From: Candidatus Omnitrophota bacterium
Lineage (GTDB): Bacteria; Omnitrophota; Gorgyraeia; JABMRN01; RBG-13-46-9
Reading direction: 5' to 3'
DNA: 64,000 nt
Assembly: GCA_043817155.1 (NCBI GenBank)
Contig: JBDRHE010000085.1
Coordinates: forward strand, 1,464-65,463
Shown: piece by piece, positions 1 to 12,680 of the stretch
Position numbering within the stretch: position 1 is the stretch's first letter
Layout of the letters: every line of letters starts with the position of its first letter
Made by a program: the position numbers and the translations under genes
The notes under the pieces: generated by a model
What the model was told of the DNA's origin: nothing
Database searches by the model: none
The model's input: only the letters and a program-made list of their open reading frames with translations

Positions 1-216
1 CTAAGAGACTACGGTATAGGCGCCCAGATCCTTGTGGATCTGGGCCTCAAGAGAATAAAGTTATTGACTAACAACCCGCAGAAGATCGTAGGATTGGAGG
101 GTTACGGCCTTAAGATCGTCGAAAGGATTCCGATAGAGATAAGACCGGTAGATACCACGAAGAAATATCTTAAAACAAAGAAACAAAAATTGGGACATGT
201 GCTGAGGCATGCGTAA
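1..216 (+). CDS. ribA: GTP cyclohydrolase II / RibBA, C-terminal part (runs off the left edge)
   Basis: [38 protein letters not shown], the typical RibA C-terminus; immediately upstream of ribH. Confidence 0.92.
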   Translation, partial: LRDYGIGAQILVDLGLKRIKLLTNNPQKIVGLEGYGLKIVERIPIEIRPVDTTKKYLKTKKQKLGHVLRHA

Positions 217-245
217 GTTATAGGTGGTAATTTAAGGAGGAAAAA

Positions 246-710
246 ATGAAAGTAGTTAAGGGATCGTTGATCGCAACTGGCTTAAAGATAGGTATTGTGG
301 TACCGCGTTTTAACGAATTTGTGTCTGCGAAGCTTCTTGATGGCGCCGAAGATGCGTTGCTTCAGCATGGTGTTGATGAGAAGGATATCTCAGTCTTTTG
401 GGTGCCGGGTTCATTCGAAATACCGCCGCTTGCGCTCAGACTAGCGCGCTCGAAAAAGTATGACGCTGTAATCTGTCTCGGTACCGTAATACGAGGCGAT
501 ACGCCGCATTTTGATTACGTTTCAGGCGAGGTGGCCAAAGGAGTGGCGCAGGTTGCGCTGGCAGAGAACATACCGTGCATTTTTGGTGTTATAACTACAG
601 ATACTTTAGAACAGGCCATAGACCGCGCCGGAGCAAAAGGCGGCAACAAGGGAAGAGACGCAGCTGTATCCGCCATAGAGATGGCTAACCTTTACAAGAA
701 GGTAAAATAG
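246..710 (+). CDS. ribH: 6,7-dimethyl-8-ribityllumazine synthase
   Basis: [29 protein letters not shown] motifs; RBS aaggagg. Confidence 0.97.
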   Translation: MKVVKGSLIATGLKIGIVVPRFNEFVSAKLLDGAEDALLQHGVDEKDISVFWVPGSFEIPPLALRLARSKKYDAVICLGTVIRGDTPHFDYVSGEVAKGVAQVALAENIPCIFGVITTDTLEQAIDRAGAKGGNKGRDAAVSAIEMANLYKKVK

Positions 711-717
711 ATCTACT

Positions 718-1155
718 ATGAGAAACAGAACAAAAGGTCGGGAATGCGCCCTTAAGATACTGTATGCTGCTGAGATAAGGCAAGACTCCCAGGGTGAGTG
801 CGCGCAAACGTTCTGGGACAACCATCTTATGATAAAGGACGACATAAAGGCCTTTACGTCCTTTCTGATCGAGGGTGTCGCAAATAACAAAGACTCTATA
901 GACGGCGTCATTTCAAAATACGCAAAGAATTGGCAGATCAAGCGAATGGCGATAATCGACAGAAATATACTGAGGCTTGCGACATTTGAACTTCTCTTTT
1001 CCGAGGATATACCGCCCAAGGTATCTATAAATGAAGCTATAGAGATCGCCAAGAGATACGGGGATAAAGAATCCGGAAAGTTTGTAAACGGGATCCTGGA
1101 TAAAATAAATAAGTCTGAGAAGAAACACAGCGAGGATACGGTCAAACCCGACTGA
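718..1155 (+). CDS. nusB: Transcription antitermination factor NusB
   Basis: DRNILRLA, INEAIEIAKRYG, FVNGILD; follows ribH. Confidence 0.96.
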   Translation: MRNRTKGRECALKILYAAEIRQDSQGECAQTFWDNHLMIKDDIKAFTSFLIEGVANNKDSIDGVISKYAKNWQIKRMAIIDRNILRLATFELLFSEDIPPKVSINEAIEIAKRYGDKESGKFVNGILDKINKSEKKHSEDTVKPD

Positions 1156-1171
1156 ACAAGGAAGTTACTTT

Positions 1172-1996
1172 GTGAAATACGCCGATCTGCATCTCCACAC
1201 GATATATTCTGACGGAACATACACCCCAAAAGAGCTCGTACGAAGCGCAAAGAGCAAAGGGTTCTCATGCATTTCGATCTGTGATCACGACTGTGTAGAC
1301 GCAATCGATCCGGCCTTAGAGTACTCAAAGAAAGATCCTATCGAGATCATCCCGGGCGTAGAGATTACTGTTATGCGCAGAGGCCAGGAATTGCACATGC
1401 TGGGGTATTTCATCTCATGGAAGGAGCCCTGGTTTGCTGATACCCTCAAAAGGATTCAGGGAGACAGGATTACCCGGCTAGACAAGATGCTGGAGAAGCT
1501 TAAGGGTTTTGACGTGCAGCTCGATAAGGAGAGGGTGCTAGCGATCGCGGGAGGCAAGGGTTCGGTAGGCAGGCTCCATTTAGCGCGCGCTTTATATGAG
1601 GCAAAGGCTGTCACTTCGGTGCAGATGGCGTTCGATAAATATATCGGGGACTTTAAGCCATGCTATGTGGAGGAGATCGGCTTCAGTCCCCGGGAAGCCA
1701 TAGAGATCATATTAAAAGCAAAAGGTGTCCCCATTTTGGCGCATCCGGGTAAGATGATAGATCGGGCAACTATTGTGGAATTTGTAAAGTACGGTTTGTG
1801 CGGTATCGAAACCTTTCACCCCGATCACAACTCTGCAACGCGCAGCTTACATGAACGAGTAGCCAAAGAGTGTGGGCTATTGCTTACAGGCGGATCAGAT
1901 TGTCACGGATACGGTTCCGGCAAATTGCTTATGGGCAGCGTAAAAGTCCCCTATGAAATGGTTGAACGTTTGAAAGAACGAGCATCGAGCATTTAA
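1172..1996 (+). CDS. PHP-domain phosphoesterase (TrpH/YciV-like)
   Basis: DLHLHTIYSDG, DHD, GVEI, LAHP, TGGSDCHG. Confidence 0.9.
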   Translation: MKYADLHLHTIYSDGTYTPKELVRSAKSKGFSCISICDHDCVDAIDPALEYSKKDPIEIIPGVEITVMRRGQELHMLGYFISWKEPWFADTLKRIQGDRITRLDKMLEKLKGFDVQLDKERVLAIAGGKGSVGRLHLARALYEAKAVTSVQMAFDKYIGDFKPCYVEEIGFSPREAIEIILKAKGVPILAHPGKMIDRATIVEFVKYGLCGIETFHPDHNSATRSLHERVAKECGLLLTGGSDCHGYGSGKLLMGSVKVPYEMVERLKERASSI

Positions 1997-2048
1997 CCAT
2001 CGAACCGGCGCTAATCAACCAAAGCTAAAAAAGACGATATTTGCGCAG

Positions 2049-2537
2049 ATGATCCGAAAGAGAAAAACTACCAAAGACAGGCGTTTTATGCTGCGGGCTA
2101 TAGCGCTTGCAAAGAGAGCTTCCGGCAAGACATATCCAAATCCCATGGTAGGCGCGGTGATCGTAAGGCGGAACAAAATAATAAGCGAAGGATATCACAA
2201 GAGACTTGGGGCGCCTCACGCCGAAACCTCGGCCATCATCAAGGCTAAAGGCGCGACTAAAGGGGCGTCAATATATATAAATTTGGAACCGTGCACCCAT
2301 TACGGCAGGACTCCACCTTGCGCAGATCGCGTAATAGAGAGCGGGATAAAGAAGGTGTATGTGTCAATGAGAGACCCGAACCCCATTGTGAATGGCAAGG
2401 GGTTGAGATTATTAAAGGCGAATGGTATCAAGGTAAGCCTGGGGTTATGTAGTAAAGAGGCCGGGCTTCTCAATGTAGATTATGTAAAATATATGGAGAA
2501 GAAACGTGTTTACGGGAGTGATCGAAGAGACCGGTAA
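2049..2537 (+). CDS. ribD: RibD pyrimidine deaminase domain only (no reductase domain)
   Basis: PNPMVGAVIV, HAE, NLEPCTHYGRTPPC, DPNP; only 162 aa. Confidence 0.9.
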   Translation: MIRKRKTTKDRRFMLRAIALAKRASGKTYPNPMVGAVIVRRNKIISEGYHKRLGAPHAETSAIIKAKGATKGASIYINLEPCTHYGRTPPCADRVIESGIKKVYVSMRDPNPIVNGKGLRLLKANGIKVSLGLCSKEAGLLNVDYVKYMEKKRVYGSDRRDR

Positions 2538-3147
2538 GATACTCGATCTATCGCGACATGACAATATCTATAGATTAAGCATCTCTGCGAGCACAGCGCA
2601 GGTTTCGGTTAAACCCGGTGATAGTATATCTGTCAATGGCGCATGTCTAACCCTTGTTAGCGCTAAAAAAGAAGTATTTATCTTTGATATCATGGAAGAG
2701 ACCTACAATAGAGCCGGTTTTTCATATATGTTAAGAGGTCAGACGGTAAATCTGGAAAGGTCAATGGGGGTGAAGTCGAGATTTGAGGGACATTTTGTTT
2801 TAGGACATATAGACGCTGTTGAGAGAATAAAGGGCATGAGTAAGGGACGAAGCCCACACCTGGATATATCTATTAACAAGCGCGATGAGGGACGCGTTGT
2901 AAATAAAGGATCCGTGGCAATAGATGGCATAAGCTTGACGGTCGGTGAGGTATTTGATGACGCGATCAGGGTATATATCATCCCTTATACAATGGAGCAT
3001 ACAAATCTGAGGCTGAAACAGCCGGGTGATAAGGTAAATGTTGAATTCGACATTATTGGCAAATACGTCACTCGGAATATGGCTAAAAGGGAAGATGGTA
3101 AACCCGGGGTCACTCAGGGTTATTTGAAGGAGAAAGGTTTTATTTGA
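2506..3147 (+). CDS. ribE: Riboflavin synthase
   Basis: MFTGVIEE start, SVNGACLT, GHFVLGHID, KGSVAIDGISLT, VNVEFD. Confidence 0.96.
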   Translation: MFTGVIEETGKILDLSRHDNIYRLSISASTAQVSVKPGDSISVNGACLTLVSAKKEVFIFDIMEETYNRAGFSYMLRGQTVNLERSMGVKSRFEGHFVLGHIDAVERIKGMSKGRSPHLDISINKRDEGRVVNKGSVAIDGISLTVGEVFDDAIRVYIIPYTMEHTNLRLKQPGDKVNVEFDIIGKYVTRNMAKREDGKPGVTQGYLKEKGFI

Positions 3148-3229
3148 TTTATATTTAATATGGTGTTATCATAAATCATATCAAAAGAGCGGCACGGTTC
3201 AATATAACTTTAAAAAAAGGAGGTGTAAG

Positions 3230-3559
3230 GTGAAGAAAGTAATTGCACTTATCTGTTTAACAGGCGTTTTGTTGGCATGTAGCCCGCTTTACGCTGATAG
3301 TCCGCTAAAGAAATTGGGCAGGGGTACAGCCAATATTATCACGTGTCCCGCAGAGATATTCCAGCGCGTTGACGAGGTTAACAAGGATAGCGGGCCCTTA
3401 GCAGCGCTAACCTGGGGCCTCGCAAAAGGGCTGTATAGAACCGTCGTACGAGGAGCTGTAGGTGTATATGAGGTTATCTCGTTCCCGTTCCCTTTTCCGG
3501 CAGAATACAAACCTATAATTACAGACCCCGAGTTTTACATGGAAGAAGGCCTGAATTAG
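3230..3559 (+). CDS. Exported small protein resembling the TIGR04073 (exosortase system-associated) family
   Basis: Signal peptide, KKLGRGTANI and GVYEVISFPFP pattern; RBS aggagg. Confidence 0.7.
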   Translation: MKKVIALICLTGVLLACSPLYADSPLKKLGRGTANIITCPAEIFQRVDEVNKDSGPLAALTWGLAKGLYRTVVRGAVGVYEVISFPFPFPAEYKPIITDPEFYMEEGLN

Positions 3560-3615
3560 ATCGCTATTTATCCCATCGTTATCACACCATCTTCAAAGTC
3601 AATAAGAAAACAGGC

Positions 3616-4147
3616 GTAGCGATCAGCTCGTGTGGGACAATTCTTCCGCTTGCCCCGTTCCAAATCGCCCTATAAAAGCATTTGGATAAAGAAGATGTTC
3701 TCTGCGCAGAATACTTTTGCAATAGCTAAAAGTTTTAGTGGGCGATTTGTAACGGGGCTTGCCGCCCTGAAAGATGAACGATCATCTTTCATAGCTCTCA
3801 TCCAAATTTCATATTGTCATAAAAGGACAAAAGATTGTCCTAAGATGTCATAATTCTTTATGGATCGATTGTATATGAAATTTGGAGAGTCGCTACAGAA
3901 TTGCCCCACACGAGCATCATTAGAGCGTGTAAGCCAGAGGTGAGGGGCTTCGGCGTGGGCTCATATTCTTCTTTTGTCTCTTTACAAGGTGAGAGTTGGT
4001 AATACAAGGTATTCGTATATCCTGGCTTACGGCATTTCCTAAAGATACCAACGATCACCTTATAAAGAGACAAGATAGAAGAATCTCGGCATAATATTTT
4101 ATGCTGAGACTGCGCCGAAGACCCTCACCTTTGGCATACATTGATGC
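3616..4147. ncRNA. Candidate large structured non-coding RNA (unclassified)
   Basis: Five near-perfect stems of 14-28 bp plus several hairpins; no convincing CDS; extended -10 on the minus strand at 4170-4178. Confidence 0.5.
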
Positions 4148-4454
4148 ATATGCACCGGTACGCGGAAGAATTATATCACAGCCAGGTGATTGGTCCTGAA
4201 GAAATCTTTAGCCTTTAGGATATACAGGAGAGAGTGACGCAATTCACCAAATCATATGGTTTCAAAGCCTATTTTCATTGATTTTTCTATCCTTCAATGC
4301 TATATTATTAGCCTACTATATTGATATATATGTAGGGTTTTCGAAATAGGGTCTCATTATCCGCGATTTCGTAAGGATTTTCTTCTTATTTCTACCTCGA
4401 TTGCTTCCATTGGTCGCAATCGTGGCATGGAATTGTATTTTGGAAAAGATTTCA

Positions 4455-4532
4455 CGGGGAGTAGCGCAGCCTGGCTAGCGCGCTTGCTTCGGGAGCAAGA
4501 GGTCGCGGGTTCGAATCCCGCCTTCCCGACCA
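4455..4532 (+). tRNA. tRNA-Pro(CGG)
   Basis: Acceptor stem CGGGGAG/CTTCCCG, anticodon loop TTCGGGA, TTCGAAT T-loop, encoded CCA. Confidence 0.96.
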
Positions 4533-4567
4533 TCTTTTATGAAAATTCTTACGGAATCTTATTCTAA

Positions 4568-4861
4568 ATGAAGAATATGGCAAAGGAACGGGCAAGGATA
4601 GTGTATTCCGGAACGGTTCAGGGCGTGGGGTTCAGGTTCGCTACTGAACGGACTGCCAATTCCATCGGCCTCGTTGGATGTGTTAGAAACTGCCCTGATG
4701 GAACGGTGGAAGTCGTCTGCGAGGGCGAGAGAGACAAAATACAACTATTTATTGAAAAGCTAGGTGAAGCCATGTCCTATTATATTAGCTCAAACATGGT
4801 AACCTGGCATAATGCAACAGACGAATTCGATTCATTTGATGTAAGGTTTTTGGGATTTTAA
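4568..4861 (+). CDS. acyP: Acylphosphatase
   Basis: GTVQGVGFR and [11 protein letters not shown]. Confidence 0.93.
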   Translation: MKNMAKERARIVYSGTVQGVGFRFATERTANSIGLVGCVRNCPDGTVEVVCEGERDKIQLFIEKLGEAMSYYISSNMVTWHNATDEFDSFDVRFLGF

Positions 4862-4868
4862 GGATCTT

Positions 4869-8111
<3,243 letters not shown>

Positions 8112-8123
8112 AATAGGGTATTT

Positions 8124-8738
8124 ATGATAAATGTGGAGACATTCGTTTTAGGATTGTTTGAGACGAACTGCTACTTAGTATATAGCCCGGCTACCAAGAC
8201 CGGTTTCTTGATAGATCCGGGTTCCTTTGATGAAAGAATAACGACTTTTATCAGAAAGAACGGTATCAGGATAAAGAGCATTTTAAATACACACGGACAT
8301 GCCGACCATACCGCGGGTGATGGAAAATTCGGTTACCCGGTCCAGATTCACAAGGATGACAGCGATTTTTTGAAAGATCCAGTAAAGAACCTCTCATCCT
8401 TTACCGGCATGAACTTATCGTTGCCGAAGGCAAGTCGGCTTCTAAACGATGGAGATATCATTGAAGATGGCGGCATCGCCATGGAAGTTATTCATACTCC
8501 CGGCCATACGCCCGGGAGCGTAAGCTTGAAGTTGGGGAATAAGATCTTTACGGGGGATACCCTTTTTCGGGAAGGGGTCGGGAGAACGGATTTCCCGGCG
8601 TCTAGCGACAAAGCGCTTATGGAGTCGATAAAAAAGCGACTACTTGTGTTCGATGATGAAACCCAGATATTTCCCGGCCATGGACCATCCTCCACAATAG
8701 GACACGAGAGGAAGAATAACCCGTTTCTTTCGGGGTAA
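8124..8738 (+). CDS. MBL-fold metallohydrolase (glyoxalase II-like)
   Basis: THGHADH, HTPGHTPG, GDTLF, PGHG. Confidence 0.92.
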   Translation: MINVETFVLGLFETNCYLVYSPATKTGFLIDPGSFDERITTFIRKNGIRIKSILNTHGHADHTAGDGKFGYPVQIHKDDSDFLKDPVKNLSSFTGMNLSLPKASRLLNDGDIIEDGGIAMEVIHTPGHTPGSVSLKLGNKIFTGDTLFREGVGRTDFPASSDKALMESIKKRLLVFDDETQIFPGHGPSSTIGHERKNNPFLSG

Positions 8739-8740
8739 AG

Positions 8741-9628
8741 ATGCTTGAACTGATAGATCAATTCTTAGATTATCTCTCCATCGAAAGGGGCTTGAGTGCC
8801 AATACCATAAAGAGTTACAGGCAGGATCTTATAAAGTATGTCGAATATCTTAAGCGGCATGGCGCAAGGAACGTGGGAGATGTTAAAAGAAACCAGATTA
8901 CGAAGTTTCTATTCTTCTTGAAGGATAGCGGGCTTGCGGCGAATTCCATTTCAAGAAATCTCGTTGCAATAAAGGTATTTTACAGATTTCTGGTATCCGA
9001 GAGGATCGTTAAGGAAGATATCGCAAGCATATTGGAATCCCCGCGTCTGATGAAGAATCTTCCGGATGTGCTGACCGTAGATGAAGTGACGCGGATGATC
9101 GAGGCTTCGGATGTGCGTAACACTTTGGGCGCAAGGGACAGGGCCGCGATGGAGCTTATATATGCTACAGGTATGAGGGTTTCGGAGGTGGTTGAGCTCA
9201 CTCAGGAGAGCCCGAATCTCGATATGGGATTTATAAGATGCGTCGGAAAAGGTTCAAAAGAGCGCATAATCCCTGTAGGTAAGGCAGCCCGAAGCGCTTT
9301 AGAGAGGTATCTCAGAAGATCCAGGCCTAAATTATGCGGGCGCCTTCAAAGTAAGCATCTCTTCCTATCAAGGCTGGGAAAGAAGATCTCACGGCAATCT
9401 TTCTGGAAGATGATAAAGAAATATGCAAAGGCGGCCGGAATAAATAAACAGATATCCCCGCATGTCCTTCGGCACTCATTCGCAACGCACTTGCTTGAAA
9501 AAGGAGCAGATCTAAGAAGCGTCCAGGAGATGCTCGGCCATGCCGACATCGCCACAACTCAAATATATACACATATAAATAAGTCCAGGCTGAAGGGAAT
9601 ACATAAGAAATTTCACCCGAGAGGGTAA
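8741..9628 (+). CDS. xerD: Site-specific tyrosine recombinase XerD
   Basis: ERGLS..T..SY, YATGMRVSE, GKGSKER, HVLRHSFATHLL, LGH..TTQIYT, HPRG end. Confidence 0.93.
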   Translation: MLELIDQFLDYLSIERGLSANTIKSYRQDLIKYVEYLKRHGARNVGDVKRNQITKFLFFLKDSGLAANSISRNLVAIKVFYRFLVSERIVKEDIASILESPRLMKNLPDVLTVDEVTRMIEASDVRNTLGARDRAAMELIYATGMRVSEVVELTQESPNLDMGFIRCVGKGSKERIIPVGKAARSALERYLRRSRPKLCGRLQSKHLFLSRLGKKISRQSFWKMIKKYAKAAGINKQISPHVLRHSFATHLLEKGADLRSVQEMLGHADIATTQIYTHINKSRLKGIHKKFHPRG

Positions 9629-9641
9629 AAAACCAAAAATT

Positions 9642-9670
9642 ATCCCGCCGTTACTTTTGTATGGCGGGAT
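9642..9670. repeat. Hairpin repeat ATCCCGCC-N13-GGCGGGAT (related copy at 55802-55828)
   Basis: cccgccgttacttttgtatggcggga vs cccaccattacttttgcgtggtggga. Confidence 0.65.
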
Positions 9671-9778
9671 CGCGCAATGTGCAAGCACGGCGGGAAAAAG
9701 CAACTACCAAAAAGTAAAAGTACAAATGGAAAAAATATTTTTAAATATTTGAATTCATTGCTTTCCAAATTAACTTTT

Positions 9779-9874
9779 TGTCATTCCCGCGGAAGCCTGC
9801 CCGCCTGCGGCAAGCAGGCAAGCGGGAATCCAGACGAAACTCTCGCCTGGATCCCCGCTTGCGCGGGGATGACA
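9779..9874. repeat. GTCATTCCCGCG-type REP-like palindrome with a nested CCTGC..GCAGG insert
   Basis: tgtcattcccgcg..gcgggaatcca..tggatccccgc..gcggggatgaca; uninterrupted copy at 60143-60210. Confidence 0.85.
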
Positions 9875-10037
9875 TGTGAGAAAAGCGGTCATGACAAAGT
9901 TTCGAATGTCAAAACGATATTTCCGTCGATATAGTACAACTCATTTGGAAACGAATGATTTGGTTTGTATTTTTGGTTTTTAGTTTTTGGTCTTTGCTTT
10001 TTTGCAAAAATTATTTAAACTTAGAATTTCAAAAAAG

Positions 10038-12680
10038 ATGGATTTAATAGTTACTCATAATAACGCCGATTTCGATGCATTCAGTTCGCTGGTAGCGGCG
10101 CAAAGGCTCTATCCTGGGGCAAGGCTTCTCATGCCCGGTTCGCAGGAGAGGGCAGTAAGGGAGTTCTTGTCTCTAGTCGGGGACAAGATAAAGATAGAAT
10201 CGGAGAGGACATGTGATCTAAGAGATGTAAAACGCCTCGTACTCGTTGACACAAGGCATAGATCCAGGATAGGCGTGGCGGCTACGATCGTAGATAAGCC
10301 ATCCGTGGAAGTGCATATATACGACCACCACCCGAGAAACCAGAGCGATATTAAGGGGGACAAAGATGTTTTCCGGGAGATAGGGGCTACCGTCTCGATG
10401 CTAATCGATATATTGCGCAGCAAGAACAAGGCGAAGTTTACGGCACTTGAGGCTACAATAATGTTGCTTGGAATATATGAAGAGACCGGTTCCCTGACCT
10501 ATAGAACGACCACACGGTCGGATGTTGATGCCGTTAGCTTTCTGCTTTCCAGGGGCGCGAATCTACAGGCTGTATCGTCGTATCTAAATAGAAAGTTAAC
10601 TGAAGAGGAGCTTACCTTCCTTACCACTCTTATAAGCGGGACGAAGGTGCTTGCTATAAACGGCGTAAATGTCGCCATAGCGCATGGGGAGATAAAGCGT
10701 TTTTTAGGTGAACTTGGCACGATCGTGAGGAAGCTACAGGATGTCGAGAATTTTCCGGTGCTCTTCGTACTCTTCAAAACAGGCAATAAACTACGTATCA
10801 TTGCGCGCAGTCGATTGAAAGAGGTTGACGTTAACAGGATCCTTAAGCAATTCGGCGGTGGTGGGCACAGGAGCGCGGCAAGTGCCAAGATCGAAGGGAT
10901 GGATGCCGAATCCTTCACAGAGCGGCTGGTCACTATCCTTAAGTCCAGCATTAAGACAAGGAGTTTAGCAAGAGATATAATGAGCTCTCCGGTTAAGACC
11001 ATATCCTCTGACAGGAAGATAATTGACGCAAGTGAGATGTTGGGTAGACTCAAGATGAAGGGGATGCCGGTTATGGAGAACAAGAGCCTCGTAGGTGTGA
11101 TCACAACTAGCGATATAAATAAGGCGTTAAAACACCACTATGAGCATGCTCCGGTTAAAGGTTATATGACGCGTACAGTATTAACGATAAGACCAAATAC
11201 GCCTCTACACCAAATACAGAAGACAATGTTCGAAGAGGGTGTAGGCAGACTTCCGGTAGTTCGGGGTAAAACACTCGTTGGGATAGTTACCCGCACAGAT
11301 GTTCTAAAGAGTGTCCACAGGGATATATTTAAAGGAGCGAGGAGGCGCAAGACACGGGGTGATAGGATGAGCTTATCGCGCGAGATGAAGAGGGTCCTGC
11401 CAAAAAAGATGCTTAACATCCTGCAGTCTATAGGCAGGTGCGCTAATAACATTGGGTACAGGGTCTTTGTTGTAGGTGGTTTTGTGAGAGATATGCTCCT
11501 GGGAGCGAAGAATTTCGATATCGATGTGGTTGTGGAAGGTGATGCTATTCTATTTGGCAGAAAGATAGCAGATCTATTCAATGGAAGTTTTGTCGCTTTT
11601 AAAAAGTTTGGGACGTCCAAGGTCGTTATGGATTGGCCAAGCGGGATGTGCAAAACAAGCGGCTCGGGCCCAAAATTTAAAATGGACTTTGCAACTGCGA
11701 GGAAGGAATCATACGAGAAACCGGCGGCGCTGCCTACGGTGGAGTTCAGCCTGCTTAAAGATGATATGCATAGGCGCGATTTTACAATAAACGCCATGGC
11801 AATCAGTCTCAATAAAGGCAGTTTTGGTCAGCTGATAGATTTCTTTGGCGGCGAAAGGGATCTGGAGAATGGTGTTATAAGGGTTCTTCATGACGGAAGT
11901 TTCATCGATGATCCCACGCGCATATTCAGGGCTGTGAGATTTGAGCAGAGGTTCGGGTTTCCGATAGATAGGTATACCGGCTTGCTAATTAAGAATGCGG
12001 TAAAAGAAGAGATGTTCAGCAAAACGCAAAACCATAGGATCAGCGATGAACTTGTATTGATTTTAAGGGAAGACAGCCCGGCCAAGGCAATAAAGCGCAT
12101 GAAAGAGCTCCATGAGTTAAGATTTATCCACAAGAAATTGAAGTTCACAAGATCTACGGGGCGATTATTCAGTAAGGTAAAAAGTTCATTTTATGCGTAT
12201 GATAAGAGCCCGTTTAAAAAGAGACACGTCGATTTATGGCTTATGTACTTGATGGCACTACTGCAGAATATGAGCCTGAAGGATACAAGAGAGATATGTG
12301 ATAAATTTGCTTTCAGGAGGAGCGACAAGCTGAGGCTTTTATCAGCCAAGAAGAATTGCAAAAAGATACGAAGGCTTCTCGCCGCTAAAAGAGTGCCGCC
12401 GGCAAAGGTTTATGGTTTGCTCGAACCCCTCTCTCTGGAGGAGATATTGCTGGTAAGAGCGCAAACAGATAGCAGGTTATTGCATTTGAGGATAAGGGAG
12501 TATTTCGAAAAGCATTGTGGTGTCGCGATAAGGATGGGTGGCGAAGATCTAAAACGTATGGGCCTTGAGCCCGGTCCAATGTACAAAGAGATCCTGACAA
12601 AGGTATTGCATCATAAGGTTGATGGAAATCTCAGAACGAAACGCGAAGAGCTGCAATACGCTAAGAGACTTATAAAATGA
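10038..12680 (+). CDS. cca: DHH-DHHA1-CBS tRNA nucleotidyltransferase (CCA- or A-adding, class II)
   Basis: THNNADFD, DHH, GGGGH, two CBS domains, GGFVRD, DIDV, RRDFTINAMA, DDPTR; ATG 10038 preferred over TTG 9987. Confidence 0.9.
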   Translation: MDLIVTHNNADFDAFSSLVAAQRLYPGARLLMPGSQERAVREFLSLVGDKIKIESERTCDLRDVKRLVLVDTRHRSRIGVAATIVDKPSVEVHIYDHHPRNQSDIKGDKDVFREIGATVSMLIDILRSKNKAKFTALEATIMLLGIYEETGSLTYRTTTRSDVDAVSFLLSRGANLQAVSSYLNRKLTEEELTFLTTLISGTKVLAINGVNVAIAHGEIKRFLGELGTIVRKLQDVENFPVLFVLFKTGNKLRIIARSRLKEVDVNRILKQFGGGGHRSAASAKIEGMDAESFTERLVTILKSSIKTRSLARDIMSSPVKTISSDRKIIDASEMLGRLKMKGMPVMENKSLVGVITTSDINKALKHHYEHAPVKGYMTRTVLTIRPNTPLHQIQKTMFEEGVGRLPVVRGKTLVGIVTRTDVLKSVHRDIFKGARRRKTRGDRMSLSREMKRVLPKKMLNILQSIGRCANNIGYRVFVVGGFVRDMLLGAKNFDIDVVVEGDAILFGRKIADLFNGSFVAFKKFGTSKVVMDWPSGMCKTSGSGPKFKMDFATARKESYEKPAALPTVEFSLLKDDMHRRDFTINAMAISLNKGSFGQLIDFFGGERDLENGVIRVLHDGSFIDDPTRIFRAVRFEQRFGFPIDRYTGLLIKNAVKEEMFSKTQNHRISDELVLILREDSPAKAIKRMKELHELRFIHKKLKFTRSTGRLFSKVKSSFYAYDKSPFKKRHVDLWLMYLMALLQNMSLKDTREICDKFAFRRSDKLRLLSAKKNCKKIRRLLAAKRVPPAKVYGLLEPLSLEEILLVRAQTDSRLLHLRIREYFEKHCGVAIRMGGEDLKRMGLEPGPMYKEILTKVLHHKVDGNLRTKREELQYAKRLIK

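Noticed and set aside
3148-3229. FMN riboswitch associated with the rib genes
   Set aside because: No RFN motifs in the available intergenic DNA; the operon 5' end is outside the window.
3632-4073. ORFs 3632-3853 (+) and 3858-4073 (-) as genes
   Set aside because: No RBS or recognisable protein features; they overlie the stem-rich region.
3616-4147. RNase P RNA, tmRNA, SRP, 6S or self-splicing intron
   Set aside because: No GAGGAAAGUCC, tRNA-like ends, SRP loop or intron core found; too long and branched for a typical 6S RNA, although this is not formally excluded for 3928-4140.
8741-9628. Prophage or island integrase linked to tRNA-Pro
   Set aside because: Sequence fits chromosomal XerD in a housekeeping operon; no tRNA 3' duplication or phage genes seen.
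9677-9934. 85-aa ORF (also 60072-60341 and 53296-53502)
   Set aside because: These are translations of palindromic repeats (CHSR.., WIPACAGMT).
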